A DNA stretch of 63,990 nucleotides, the filler included, from Folioceros fuciformis (Eukaryota), in the NCBI GenBank assembly GCA_049999805.1. It is 11 parts of 11 records of this genome, joined end to end, with 100 filler letters (N's around TTAATTAATTAA, not from the genome) between each part and the next. Parts side by side here need not be neighbours in the genome. Positions count along the whole stretch, not along the records: positions 1 to 17,260 come from JBNGIO010004634.1; 10 more parts are not named here. One strand, written 5' to 3'. Both the position numbers and the translations under genes were made by a program. A model generated the notes under the pieces. It searched no databases. It saw only the letters and a list, made by a program, of their open reading frames with translations, and was not told the origin of the DNA. How positions within the stretch are numbered: the stretch's first letter is position 1; every line of letters begins with the position of its first letter. This document shows positions 1-11,280 of the stretch, in pieces.

Positions 1-2035
1 AGTATGTTATGATGGTCTCATGTGCATGGTTTCGTGGTGGGCGCATACTTGTGCACATCACGAAAGTCTGTAGGTTTTGTATCCTTGAAACCCACGGTTT
101 GAAAGTAATCACACACGGGTAGAAAACAAGGCTTTTCGAGAATAAAGAGTATGAATATCCATTCAAAATCATGTGTGGACATAAATCTAATACATTCGTG
201 TCCCGTCATATCATTCATGGTGTGATTGCATCGTGAAGAGTGCTTGTTGTCTTCATTTTGCCACCTACAAAAACCCGTGAAAACCAAGTACCATAGCAAG
301 AATGGCCATTTACTGTATTTAGAGCAAAACCCCCTTTTTGTGGACAAACCTGAATTATTTCAAACAAGGTAACTTTGTAAAAATGTTGATGCTCCCTTTG
401 GAGGAGGATCGCGTAAGAGGGTTAGATAAGATGATCCAAATGAGGAAGGATAAGCACTTACCTATACATTGGGCTTCATCCACCTTGCCTTTGATGAAGT
501 TTTGACCTTCTCTCTTACTGTCTTGCAACATTGCTAGGAGAATTAAAGAAGACCGAAGAATTGCTGAAAGTCTTGAAAGGCAAAATCAACGAGAAGGGCT
601 ATTATGGAGTCCACATGGTGACTGGATCCCCTGGAAATAATGGTAGTGTTGTTTATTTTGAGTTTTGGTTGAATTCTAGGGGAAAGTAGTTAGGAAATTG
701 GGCTAGGTAAATTGGTTAGGGTCTAGGTAGTGGTTGTGGTTTAAAGGTGAACAGCCAATCCGCTAACCTATGAAGAGCCAATCGGAGCCCATCAGTTGGT
801 AGGAAGGGGACACACTGGCCACGGAGGCGAGGTCAGCGGCGGCTCCTAGAACTCGAGAGGTCTTGGTGGCGGGGACATCGCACACAACAACATTTTGTCC
901 TAGCGGCGGAAGGGCCGCATCAGGCCTCTTCTTGGAGTTGGGGTAGAAGGCCCTTTCTTTGCGGTTTTTTGGAGATGGAGGAGAGGCTTCTTCCAAGAAG
1001 GTTTTGGTAGCCTGTCTTGCACGCAGTGCGAGCAAGGAGAAGTAGGGAACGCAGCTACTAGGCCTGAGCGATGCAGGGGGGCTGGGATTGGTCAGGGAGC
1101 TGCGGATGTGCATTTGAGGCTGCAAGGCTTATGTGGCGTACAAGGTTGTACATTAGTTGATTGATTGCTCTTGGGATCGTGATGGAGGAGGATGAGAAGG
1201 AGAGCGTGGCTCCTCCCGCGAGAGAATGGGTTTGGAAAAACAGGCACAAGACAGGGGGCCTGACTATCATTCTGTGCCTAGCGGCGTGGTCGATTCTCTC
1301 TAGAAGTGCAGGGATTGCGGTTAGATAGTCCGTGGGTAACACATGTGCTTGGTTTGGTGCGAACTGCAGTTCCATGGGTTCCTCTACATATGTTGAATCA
1401 ACCAAAATGATTGTGCAATCTGCCCCCAATCAAGCTCCTCTGTTTCATTCTTGGTGATCAGGCTAGACAAGGCCGTGGGTGTGTGCAGTGGTTGCAATCC
1501 ATACCAATGTGCAACTGCATAGGCTTTTTGCAAACTTAGGAGGAAAGCTAGCTCACCTCACATTCCATTTTATAGAACCCAAACTTCATTGCAATGTCAT
1601 TGCTACTCTGAAGGCTGGCCTTAGGCCACTCATTTTGAATATCTGCAATCCCCACGTTCTACACTTGCAACGTTCTCCTGTATTAACTGCACTCCTCTTG
1701 GGTGTCATGGGCTACCTACACAACACGTACATCCCACAAACTCTTTGGAATTGATCAATTGAACTCCATTTCACTTGGGATTTGGATGTGATTACATGAA
1801 CCATATTGACACACACATTTCATTCCTTTCCAAGGTCATATGACCATAAGTTCTCATGTCGGGAAACAACCTCCCATAGCTTAGTCACAACCTTCAATCC
1901 TAACAAAATGTGAGCTTGGTTTGAGTGAAGGAGGAGACAGAGAGTAGGCTAGCTTGAGTTTGGTGCCCTTGGAACCCTGAAAACCTTAATGAGATGTTTG
2001 AGGGAAGAAATGTAATGTTGTCCCCGGTGGATGAG

Positions 2036-2181
2036 AGAAAAAGATTTCTTGTCTAATGGCTGGATCGGGACAGAAAAAAAAGTCTTGTCTAATGGCTGGA
2101 TCAGGACAGAAAAAAAAGTCTTGTCGAATGATTGGATCAAGACAGAAAAAAAAGTCTTGTCTAATGCCTGGATCGGGACAC
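2036..2181. repeat. 36-bp minisatellite, about 4 copies
   Basis: Unit approx. GGACAGAAAAAAAAGTCTTGTCTAATGGCTGGATCA repeated; gives a 12-aa periodicity in the overlapping ORFs. Confidence 0.9.
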
Positions 2182-2810
2182 CTTGATAACCGCCCACTAC
2201 CGAAACAATCATGCCCATTAGCTTCGAATCGGTGTTCGAATCGATATTCCATACTCGTCACAATATTAATACATAGTGTTAATGTATACGTTAATCCATA
2301 CTCACCACGTAATTAATGTATAGCATCATCATCGTTATTACTATTGTTGTTGTTGTTATTATTATTATTGTGAATCGTCAACATTCTCTTAGAATGCAGA
2401 CTCCTTTTCCCACTCCGACATCCATGATGCTGGGACTACACCTGCACACCTTGGTGTTTGATACTTACTACAACGGGGTTCCAACTTCTTGGAGTGTCGA
2501 TGACGATGGAAGACTGGCAAGGTATGTATGCACGATATTCCGACGTGGTTACTTGCATTTCGATTGTATGGACAGCAACTCTGTCCACTTTGGCAGCCCA
2601 GCGCTACCCTTGTGGATGATGCTGCTGCCACCATAGGTGCTTTGCAGGCTACAAGGTGAGATGCCGACCCAATTTTGTTAACCCGACTAGGAAGGAGCCA
2701 GCCAACCATCTCCATGTCTTAGTTTGGAGGGAGACGGAGTTAAGCAAGCACGTTCACCCCGGAAGCAGGGTTCTCTCTTTAACATCCACATAGCAGGGTC
2801 CTCACTTTTC

Positions 2811-5720
2811 TCACGGTCGACCCTCACAACTGTAAAAACCACCTGCGAATCGATGCACACGATACCCATCCCTTACAACAATGTGTCTTTCTTCAAGCCT
2901 TGACATAATTTCCGTGTAACTATGGCAATCACTGCACATGCGTAGATTCTTCGTTACCACCAGGGGTGTCCCACTCTCAGTGTTCAGCAGACCAAACGCT
3001 AGGGCTAGCTTCTCAGCGTGCCCACAGAGGGCATCTTCCTTTCCCTTCTCAGACAGAGGCTTCAACACCAATTTCGTCTGAGGTACGTGTGCCGCCCTTC
3101 TTCCTTCACACGTGAATTCGTGCTCTCTACCATAACAGCAATATCATCTCCTCTTTCTCCCACCGCAAATGTATGTACCTGCTTCTTCACCTCAATCGTC
3201 GCCACTGCAGGTTTCTTGTTAGCTCCTGCTGCTCTGCGCTGTGTTTCAATCCTGTCTACATCGCTCCACATACCTGCATCTGCGTAGGCATTGGCCATGA
3301 GCACATACGCAGACGCCCTCTGAGGGTCCAGCCTAACAATCTTTTCAAAACACCACACCGCCCTCTCTACATCCCCGTAACTCTTGCAGGCATTCAATAA
3401 AGACGTCAAGCCCACAACACTACTTTGGCCCTCGCATGATAATAGCATCTTCTCTGCCTCATCTAAGTGGCCAGCACGCCCAAGAAGATCAAGCATGCAG
3501 GTGTAATGCTCAACAGTGGGTTTGATGCCATGCTGTTCAGCCATGGACTCGAAGTATTTGCGACCCTCGTGGACCAGTCCAACGTGACTGCACGCTGCTA
3601 AAAGGCAAGTAAAAGTAGCATCATCTGGCTGAATACCGCCAACTAGCATCTCCTCAAAACAACCTAGTGCCTTGTGACCTTCATCATAAGCACCATACCC
3701 AGCTATCAGGGCAGTCCATGTGACCACATCTTTTGTCGCCAAGCTGTCAAAAACCCGGCGTGCACCTACCAGTTCACCGCATTTTGCATACATGTCCACC
3801 AGGCCGTTGCCCACCACTACGTTATCCAGCAGTCCTCTTTCGACGATCTGTGAGTGCAATTGCATGCCCTTCTGAAATGCACCAGTGCTTGCACAGGCCT
3901 TTAGAAGGCAAGCAAAAGTAACCTGGTTAGCCACAATGAGGCCCGCCTCCTCCATTTGTCCATACACAACAAGCGCCTTGTGGCCGAGTCCTTGCTCGGC
4001 ATACCCAGCTATCAGCACGGTCCATGTAATCACATCCTTTGTGTTCATGCTGTCAAAAACCTGGCGTGCACCTTCCAGTTCACCACATTTCGCATACATG
4101 TCCACCAGGCAGTTGCCTAGCACTACGTTATCCAGCAGCCCTCTTTCAACAATTTGTGAGTGCAGCTGCCGGCCCTCGTGCAAGTCCCCAGTGCTTGCAC
4201 AGGCTTTCAGAAGGCAAAGAAAAACTACATGATCAGCCAAATTCAAGCCTGCCTCCTCCATTCGTCTGTACACAACAAGTGCCTCATGCCCCATCCCTTG
4301 CTTGGAACACCCTGCGATCAGCACCGTCCATGTCACCACATCCTTTGTAGCCATGCTGTAAAAAACCTGGCGAGCAACGTCCAGTTCGCCACATTTCACA
4401 TACATGTCCACCAGGCAGTTGCCCACCACTAAGTTATCCATGAGTCCTCTTTTAACAATCTGTGAGTGCAGCTGCCTGCCCTTCTGTAAGGCACCAGTGC
4501 TTCCACACGCCTTCAGAAGGGAAGCAAAAGTAAACTGGTTAGCCAAAATCAGGCCCGCCTCCATTTTTCCATACAGAACAAGCGCTTCTTGGCCGAGCCC
4601 TTGATGTGCATACCCAGCAATTAGGGAATTCCATGTCACCACATCCTATGCGGCCATGCTGTCGAAAACCTGCTGTGCACCTTTCATTTTGCCACATTTT
4701 CCATACATGTCCACCAGGCAGTTGTTAACAAACAAGTTAGTGAACATGCCAGTCTGCACCACATCACAGTGCACTTTTCTGCCAGATTCCAAGGCGGCGG
4801 CCAATGCACAAGCTTGAAGGGCAGCTACAAAGACGTGGGCATCCGCCTTCATTCCTGAGCTCCGCATCTCGTGGTACAGTTGTACGGCCTCCTTGGGTTT
4901 CCCGTGCTTAACATATGCAGAGATTATGGAAGACCACATGAAGACATTTGGTTTCCTCACCTTGGTGAACACATCCATTGCCTCGTGCAGCCTACCTTCA
5001 AACGCATACATGCGCAAGATGGTTCCCCAAGTATGAACTCGACTCGTACCCAAGTTTGGCGGTGAGATCATGAACTCGTCGACCCAAAACCAAATCCTTC
5101 TTTGCTGTACACAATTTCAGCCCAGTGTACAACAGAGATACAGAAACACCAGAGTCGCTCTGCACCAGAGATTCCAGGGCTCCCACGGCCTCAGAAAGCC
5201 TCCCCTGGTGGCACAATAAGTTCACGGTCCCATCTGTTCCCGGGCCCATTTCCGATCCAGCAGGCCTACCAGGTTCAGGATTGACTGGAGAGCTGGACTC
5301 TGAAACAGAATGACCATGGCCCATCTGCATATCCAAGGAAACGAGCTGCTCATCAACCCAAGCTGGCTTAAACGTGTTGTTCAACCACAACACGTCGCCG
5401 CACCCCTTACGCCGAAAGTTAGGCTAACGGGAGCTCTTCTTGTCTCGTCGGTTATCCCACCACATGGTTGGGTCCAGGAAAAATTGTTGCCACAAGTGCT
5501 CCTGCTCCTGGCGACGCCCATCCTTGGAAATCTGGTCCCCAAGCACACACTTTGTCGGGAGTGGAGTTGCTGGGATCCTTACGATGCTACATCTGGAGGC
5601 CTTGTTTGCTAGGGGTTGACTCCCTAAGATGAGGTCAGCGGAAGCTTCTGGTAGACTCCCAGTACGCACACCAATTTTTTGCTGGGTTCACAACGGGTCC
5701 GATTGCCATACTGCAGGCAT
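2811..5720 (-). pseudogene. PDF-motif + PLS-PPR + E1/E2 + DYW:KP (GRP-ending) RNA editing factor pseudogene
   Basis: Colinear with 6135-9347 from ATG 5720 (MPAVWQSDPL). Lesions: TGA 5688-5690, TAG 5424-5426, 2-bp deletion near 5020, TAG 4646-4648, 2-bp insertion near 3088. C-terminus KKPAVATIEV...HAEKLALAFG...CSDCH...SCEGRP. Confidence 0.93.
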
Positions 5721-6134
5721 TGTTCAGGGGCTGATGTCTGTAGATGAGTATGACGATAAACTGTGCCAGGTTGGACAGGTGCTGTGCATGCTGAACACAC
5801 CGTAGGAGCAACTGGATCCGAGGCCGCGGTCTAAGGAACATTTAGTTTCCTTGGCCGGTGCACGGGTTTTGCCATCCAAACGTTGGTGGTGATATTGCTG
5901 TCCCAGAGCGAAACAAACTTGCAGCCTCGTAGAGATTGCGAGGAGTAGTCTGGGCAGCTAGGAGGGCGAGCGCGCAGAGGCGAACATCACGAGTCGAACG
6001 GTCAGAACTGGAAGGCGAGTGCTGAGAAGGCATATAGCTGACGGCTGACATCTAACGTATTCTACAGATAACACATCCCAGCGGAAAGCAGTGACCTTTG
6101 CCCGACAAGATTGGGCAGTGTCTGCTTCATCATC

Positions 6135-9100
6135 TCACGGTCGACTTTTGCAACTACAACGACCTGCTGCGAACCGATGCACACGATACACATCCCTTAC
6201 AACAATGTCTCTTTGTTCAAGCCTTGACATAAGCTCCGTGGAACTGTGGCAGTCACTGCACATGCGCAAATTCTTCGTTACCACCAAGGGTGTCCCACTC
6301 GGAGTGTTCAACAGACCAAACGCTAGGGCTAGCTTCTCAGCATGCCCACAAAGAGCATCCTCCTTTTCCTTCTCAGACATGGTCTTCAACACCAATTTTG
6401 TCTGAGGTACGTGACCTCCTTCTTGCTTCAGACGTGCATTTGTGCTCTCCAGCTTTAGGGCAATATCCTCTCTTTTTTCTCCCACCAGAAATCGATGTAC
6501 CTCATTATTCACTTCAATGCTGGCCACTGCTGGTTTCTTAGTAGCTCCAGCTGCCCGTCTCTGCGTTTCAATCCTGTCTACATCGGTCCACATACCTGCA
6601 TCTGCATATGCATTGGCCATGAGGACATAGGCGGGCGCCTCCTCGGGGTGCAGCTTAACAATGCTTTCAAAGCACCACCTCGCTCTCTTTACATCCCCGT
6701 GACTTTTGCATGCATTCAGCAGCGACGTCAAGGCCACAACGTTGGTTTGGTCCTCGCAAGATAATAGCATCTCCTCTGCCTCATCTAAATGGCCGGCACG
6801 TCCGAGAAGGTCAATCATGCAAGTGTAATGCTCAACGGTAGGTTTGATACCATGCTCATCAACCATGGAATCAAAGAGCTTGCGACCCTCGAGGACCAGT
6901 CCCTCGTGACTGCATGCTACCAGCAGGCAAGTAAAAGTAGCAGCATTAGGCTGAACACCGGCTACTAACATCTCCGCAAAACAAGCTAGAGCCATGTGAC
7001 CTTCATCACAAGCACCATACCCAGATATGAGGCCATTCCAGATCACCACATCCTTCGTCGGTAAGCTGTCAAAAGCCCGCCGTGCGGCCTCCAGCTTGCC
7101 ACATTTCGCGTACATGTCCACCAAGCAGTTGCCCAACACTACGTCATCCAGAAGTCCTCTGTCGACAATCTGAGAGTGAAGCTGTCTGCCTTTCTCTAAG
7201 GCACCCGTGGTTGCACAAGCCTTCAGGAGGCAAGCAAAAGTAACATGATCTGCCAAAATCAGGCCTTCCTGCTCCATTTGTCCATACACGACAAGCGCCT
7301 CTTGTCCGAGTCCTTGCTGAGCATACCCAGCTATTAGAGCATTCCATGTCACCACATCCTTCGAGGGCAAGCTGATAAAAACCTGGCGTGCATCTTCCAG
7401 TTCACCACATTTTGCATACATGTCCACCAGGCAGTTGCCCAGCACTACGTTATCCTCGAGTCCTCGTTCCACAATCTGTGAGCGGAGCTGCCTACCCTGC
7501 CGTAAGGCACCGGCACTTGCACAGGCCTTCAGAAGACAAGCAAAAGTGACATGGTTAGCCAAAATCAAGCCCTCCTGCTCCATTTTTGCATACACAGCAA
7601 GCGCCTCTTGGCTGAGTCCATGCTGTGCATACCCAGCTATCAGGGCATTCCACGTTACCACGTCCTTCTTCTTCATGCTGTCAAAAACCTGGCGTGCATC
7701 TCCCAGTTCACCACATTTTGCGTACATGTCCACCAGGCAGGTGCCCACCACAACGTCTTCCAGCAGTCCTCTTTCGATAATTTGTGAGTGTAGCTGCCTG
7801 CCTTTCTGTAAGGCACCAGTGCTTCCACATGCCTTCAGAAGGCAACCAAAAGTAGCATGGTTAGCTACCGTCAGCCCCTCCTGCTCCATTTCTCCATACA
7901 CAACAAGCGCCGCATGACCAAAGCCTTGCTGTACATACCCGGCAATTAGGGCATTCCATGTCACCACATTCTTTGTCTTCAGGCTCTCAAAAACCTGGCG
8001 TGCATCTTCCAGCTCACCACATTTGGCATACATGTCGACCAGGCAGGTGCCCACCACTACGTCATCCAGCAGTCCTCTTTCGACAATACTTGAGTGAAGT
8101 TGCCTGCCCCTCTGCAAGGCACCGGTGCTTCCACATGCCTTCAGAAGGCAAGCAAAAGTAACATGGTTAGGCAAAAGCAGCCCCTCCTGCTCCATTTGTC
8201 CATACACACCAAGCGCTTCATGTCCGAGGCCTTGCTGTGCATACCCAGCAATCAGAGTGGTCCATGTCAGGACATCCTTTGAGGCCATGCTGTCAAAAAC
8301 CCGGAGTGCATCTTTCATTTTGCCGCATTTCGAATACATGTCCACCAAGCAGTTGCCAACAAATAAGTTGGGAGGAATGCCACTGTCCACCACATCAGAG
8401 TGCACTGTTCTGCCCGATTCCAAGTCGGCTGCCAATGCACACGCTTGAAGAACAGCTACAAAGACGTGAGCATCCGCCTTCACTCCTGAGCCACGCATCC
8501 CATGGTACAGTTGTATGGCCTCCTTAGGTTTCCCATGCTTAGCAAATGCAGAGATGATGGAAAACCACATGAAGACATTTGGTTTGCCAACCCTGGTGAA
8601 CACATCCATGGCCTCCTGCAGCCTACCTGCACGAGCATACATGCGCAAGATATGGTTCCCCAAGTATGCGCTCGACTCGTACCCAAGTTTGGTAGTGAGA
8701 TCATGAACTCGACGCCCCAAAACCAAATCCTTCTTACCTGTACACAGTTTCAGAACATTGTATAACAGAGACTCAGGCACAGCAGAGTCGGTCTCAGCCA
8801 GAGATTCCAGGGCTCCAACGGCCTCGGAAAGCTTCCCCTTCAGACATAACAAGCTCACGGTTGCAGCCGTCATGAGGCCCATTTTCGATCCTGCACGCCT
8901 GCCAGGTTCAGGCGTAACCGGAGAGCTCAACTCGGAAGGCGAGGCAACAGGGCCCATCTGCATATTCAAGGAAATGAGCTGCTCATCAACCCAAGCTGGC
9001 TTGGACTTGTTTAACCACAGCACCTCGCCGGACCCCTTACGCCGGAAGTGAGGAGAACGAGGGCCCTTCTTATCTCGTCTGTTATCCCACCACATGGTTG

Positions 9101-9347
9101 GGTCCAGAAACAATTGTTCCCACAAGTGTTCCTGCTCCTCGCAACGACCATCTCTGGAAAATCTGTCCACACCCACACCTTTTCTCAGAATTGGAAGTGC
9201 TGGGCTCTTCACACTGCTGCATCTGGGGGCTTTCTTTGCCAGGAGTTGACTCCCTAATATGAAGTGGGCGGGAGTTCCTTGAAGAATCCCTGCACACATA
9301 CCGATTTGCTGGGTGCACAATGGGTCCGATTGCCACAATGTACCCAT
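6135..9347 (-). CDS. PLS-class PPR protein with N-terminal OSB-like PDF motif and C-terminal DYW:KP deaminase-like domain (candidate U-to-C organellar editing factor), 1070 aa, intronless
   Basis: About 21 P/L/S motifs, P2-L2-S2-E1-E2, KPAVASIEV replacing the PG box, HAE(x)nCSDC zinc site, ends SCKSRP; N-terminal LWEQLFLDPTMWWDNRRDKKGPRSPHFRRKGSGEVLWL..KPAWVDEQL. Confidence 0.95.
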   Translation of the reverse strand: MGTLWQSDPLCTQQIGMCAGILQGTPAHFILGSQLLAKKAPRCSSVKSPALPILRKGVGVDRFSRDGRCEEQEHLWEQLFLDPTMWWDNRRDKKGPRSPHFRRKGSGEVLWLNKSKPAWVDEQLISLNMQMGPVASPSELSSPVTPEPGRRAGSKMGLMTAATVSLLCLKGKLSEAVGALESLAETDSAVPESLLYNVLKLCTGKKDLVLGRRVHDLTTKLGYESSAYLGNHILRMYARAGRLQEAMDVFTRVGKPNVFMWFSIISAFAKHGKPKEAIQLYHGMRGSGVKADAHVFVAVLQACALAADLESGRTVHSDVVDSGIPPNLFVGNCLVDMYSKCGKMKDALRVFDSMASKDVLTWTTLIAGYAQQGLGHEALGVYGQMEQEGLLLPNHVTFACLLKACGSTGALQRGRQLHSSIVERGLLDDVVVGTCLVDMYAKCGELEDARQVFESLKTKNVVTWNALIAGYVQQGFGHAALVVYGEMEQEGLTVANHATFGCLLKACGSTGALQKGRQLHSQIIERGLLEDVVVGTCLVDMYAKCGELGDARQVFDSMKKKDVVTWNALIAGYAQHGLSQEALAVYAKMEQEGLILANHVTFACLLKACASAGALRQGRQLRSQIVERGLEDNVVLGNCLVDMYAKCGELEDARQVFISLPSKDVVTWNALIAGYAQQGLGQEALVVYGQMEQEGLILADHVTFACLLKACATTGALEKGRQLHSQIVDRGLLDDVVLGNCLVDMYAKCGKLEAARRAFDSLPTKDVVIWNGLISGYGACDEGHMALACFAEMLVAGVQPNAATFTCLLVACSHEGLVLEGRKLFDSMVDEHGIKPTVEHYTCMIDLLGRAGHLDEAEEMLLSCEDQTNVVALTSLLNACKSHGDVKRARWCFESIVKLHPEEAPAYVLMANAYADAGMWTDVDRIETQRRAAGATKKPAVASIEVNNEVHRFLVGEKREDIALKLESTNARLKQEGGHVPQTKLVLKTMSEKEKEDALCGHAEKLALAFGLLNTPSGTPLVVTKNLRMCSDCHSSTELMSRLEQRDIVVRDVYRVHRFAAGRCSCKSRP

Positions 9348-9897
9348 CGTTCAGGCACCACAGTCGAATGTGGCAGACCCTGAAAACTGAGTGTGACCAC
9401 ACGAAACGGCCGTACAGGTAGTCTAGAGGCGCATGGACACGACCAGGCGGCTTACACACCCGTGCCCTCTCCGCGAACTAAGCTACAGCCTTTCACAACC
9501 CAAGACAACGTTGGTGGGGACGACGAACGACGAGAGCAGCAGCGATGCAAGGAATCACCCAAAACTGACGGCTGCCCCACCACCCGAGCAGCTTCGTTGC
9601 CTATACGTGCAGCTTTCTTGCCTACAAGATTCGTATGTGATGATCCGTATGTGGCGAATGGCATCGAAACCCTCTCACATGCTATGTTCTTCCACCGTAA
9701 ACCGTAATCCAAACGGAATCCATGTTATATTGATTCACTTTTATTGTTTCAGTAAACATGATTTCTCAAATCAATTTTAAATTCCGGGCCGTCCCAGCAT
9801 GCTGAAACCCGTTAAAGTACCGTCCATGCCTCGTCCCAATGTGGTGACCAAACCTTGAATTAGAGTCACAAGGATATTATTATTTTTTGTTATTATT

Positions 9898-11280
9898 AAA
9901 AAAAAGATGAAAGTTCCATCCACTCCAAAGATGAAAGGAACAACTCGAGAAGGGCCAAAGGCCAAAAAGGGTACTAGCTCCTTTCGAGCATCATTCTCAA
10001 AAACTACCTATTGCTCCCAATTGTCATGATGAGGAATAACAAAAGGCCTAACTATCACGAATGCCAAAGAAGTAGGTTGATGTGCTGTTGTTGTTGTTCT
10101 AAAAACCATATTGGTCAATGCTCTTTGCAAGGGAATGGATATGCGTTATCAGAAGAAGGCCACCACAAAGGAAGAGGAAGAACACCATTCCTATGACTCT
10201 AATGTATCTTTGCACACTCCTTGATGAGCCTTGAAAAGTGCTTGTCCATCGCCCCATGAGTCTCAAGATCAAGAGGGATGAAAATATGCTTGTTTTGCAA
10301 GGGAGAATATTTATGGACTTTGGCGCCTGCACAACCCTGCACCGCCCATTGAAGGGGGTTGATGACGACGTGCTTGCAAATCAAATCTCTAATGGGATCT
10401 ATAACAACCACATCAGCGACATGAACTTGTTCCTCCGTAGTGAAAAAGAGGTCGGCTTTAAGTGAAACTTTCTTGCACAAAGTATATGGACACTCCCTAT
10501 CCAAAAGAAACCCACATTTCCTAATCATTGCCAACATGACTCCCCGAACTGCATCATTGGTGGCAATGCGATGCCCCCCGACGAGACAACGTGCCGGATG
10601 GGACCTTGTGTTGACAATGGCAACTCCACAATTGCATGTAGGGAGAAAAAAAACCAAGGGGTAGGCCATACCTAAGGGAAAGTTGCTAGTGTGATTCGAA
10701 ACATTTGGATGCAAGGTCAAGCCAAAAGCCCACTCTTTTACTTGACCAAGAGTGAATACGAGCCCAAAATGACATAGGGATGGATGACTCCGAAAGAAGG
10801 GCTCTTAGTGCCAGGCCATATTTCTTTTCTAGGAGGGAGGCCTAATAGCCCCTCAATCCTTCCGTAAAAAATGAGGTGAAAGGAGGTAGAGACTCACAAG
10901 CCTCCAAAGGTAAAAAGAGTCCCTCGCTTGTCTAAGAGATACTGTAAAAGGAAAAAGCCCTCCTCAAGGCCTGAGATAAAATCTTCAAGAAGGAGGAAAT
11001 CTTGGAGCAAAAATTGAGAGGCCGAAATTGGAGTCGAGAGGACCCAGCTACCAAGAAAGGTAGCTAAGGCAGAGCCCTCCACGGCCAAAACGTCAACTCT
11101 TCCAAAGGCAACCAGCATGGAAGCTTACTTCTAATCCAAATCACGAGCAACACACTCAAAGGTGCCAGGACCTATGATGTCCCCAAGAGCCTGCATAACT
11201 TGATTGTCAAACTTCTTAAGACTTGATAAAAAAATTGAAGAAGGTGCAATAGTTCTAGTAAGAAGATTACACAACAGCAT
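9898..11280 (-). mobile_element. 5'-truncated, decayed CRE-clade non-LTR retrotransposon (restriction-like endonuclease end)
   Basis: Fragments LLTRTIAPS..FDNQV, ASMLVAFGRVDV..FLGSW; then CNC..H..C zinc knuckle, GGHRIATNDAVR, KADL..ADV, AKVHKY and FIPLDLETHG, typical of RLE-bearing CRE elements. Ends in a T-run + (AAT)n on the element strand. Confidence 0.75.

Noticed and set aside
1-1950. Transposase or gene remnants
   Set aside because: Short ORFs with no motifs I can assign.
4646-4648. Stops in the KP pseudogene repaired by U-to-C editing
   Set aside because: It is a nuclear gene; paralog codons at these sites are Lys, Ser and Cys rather than Gln/Arg, and two frameshifts are also present.
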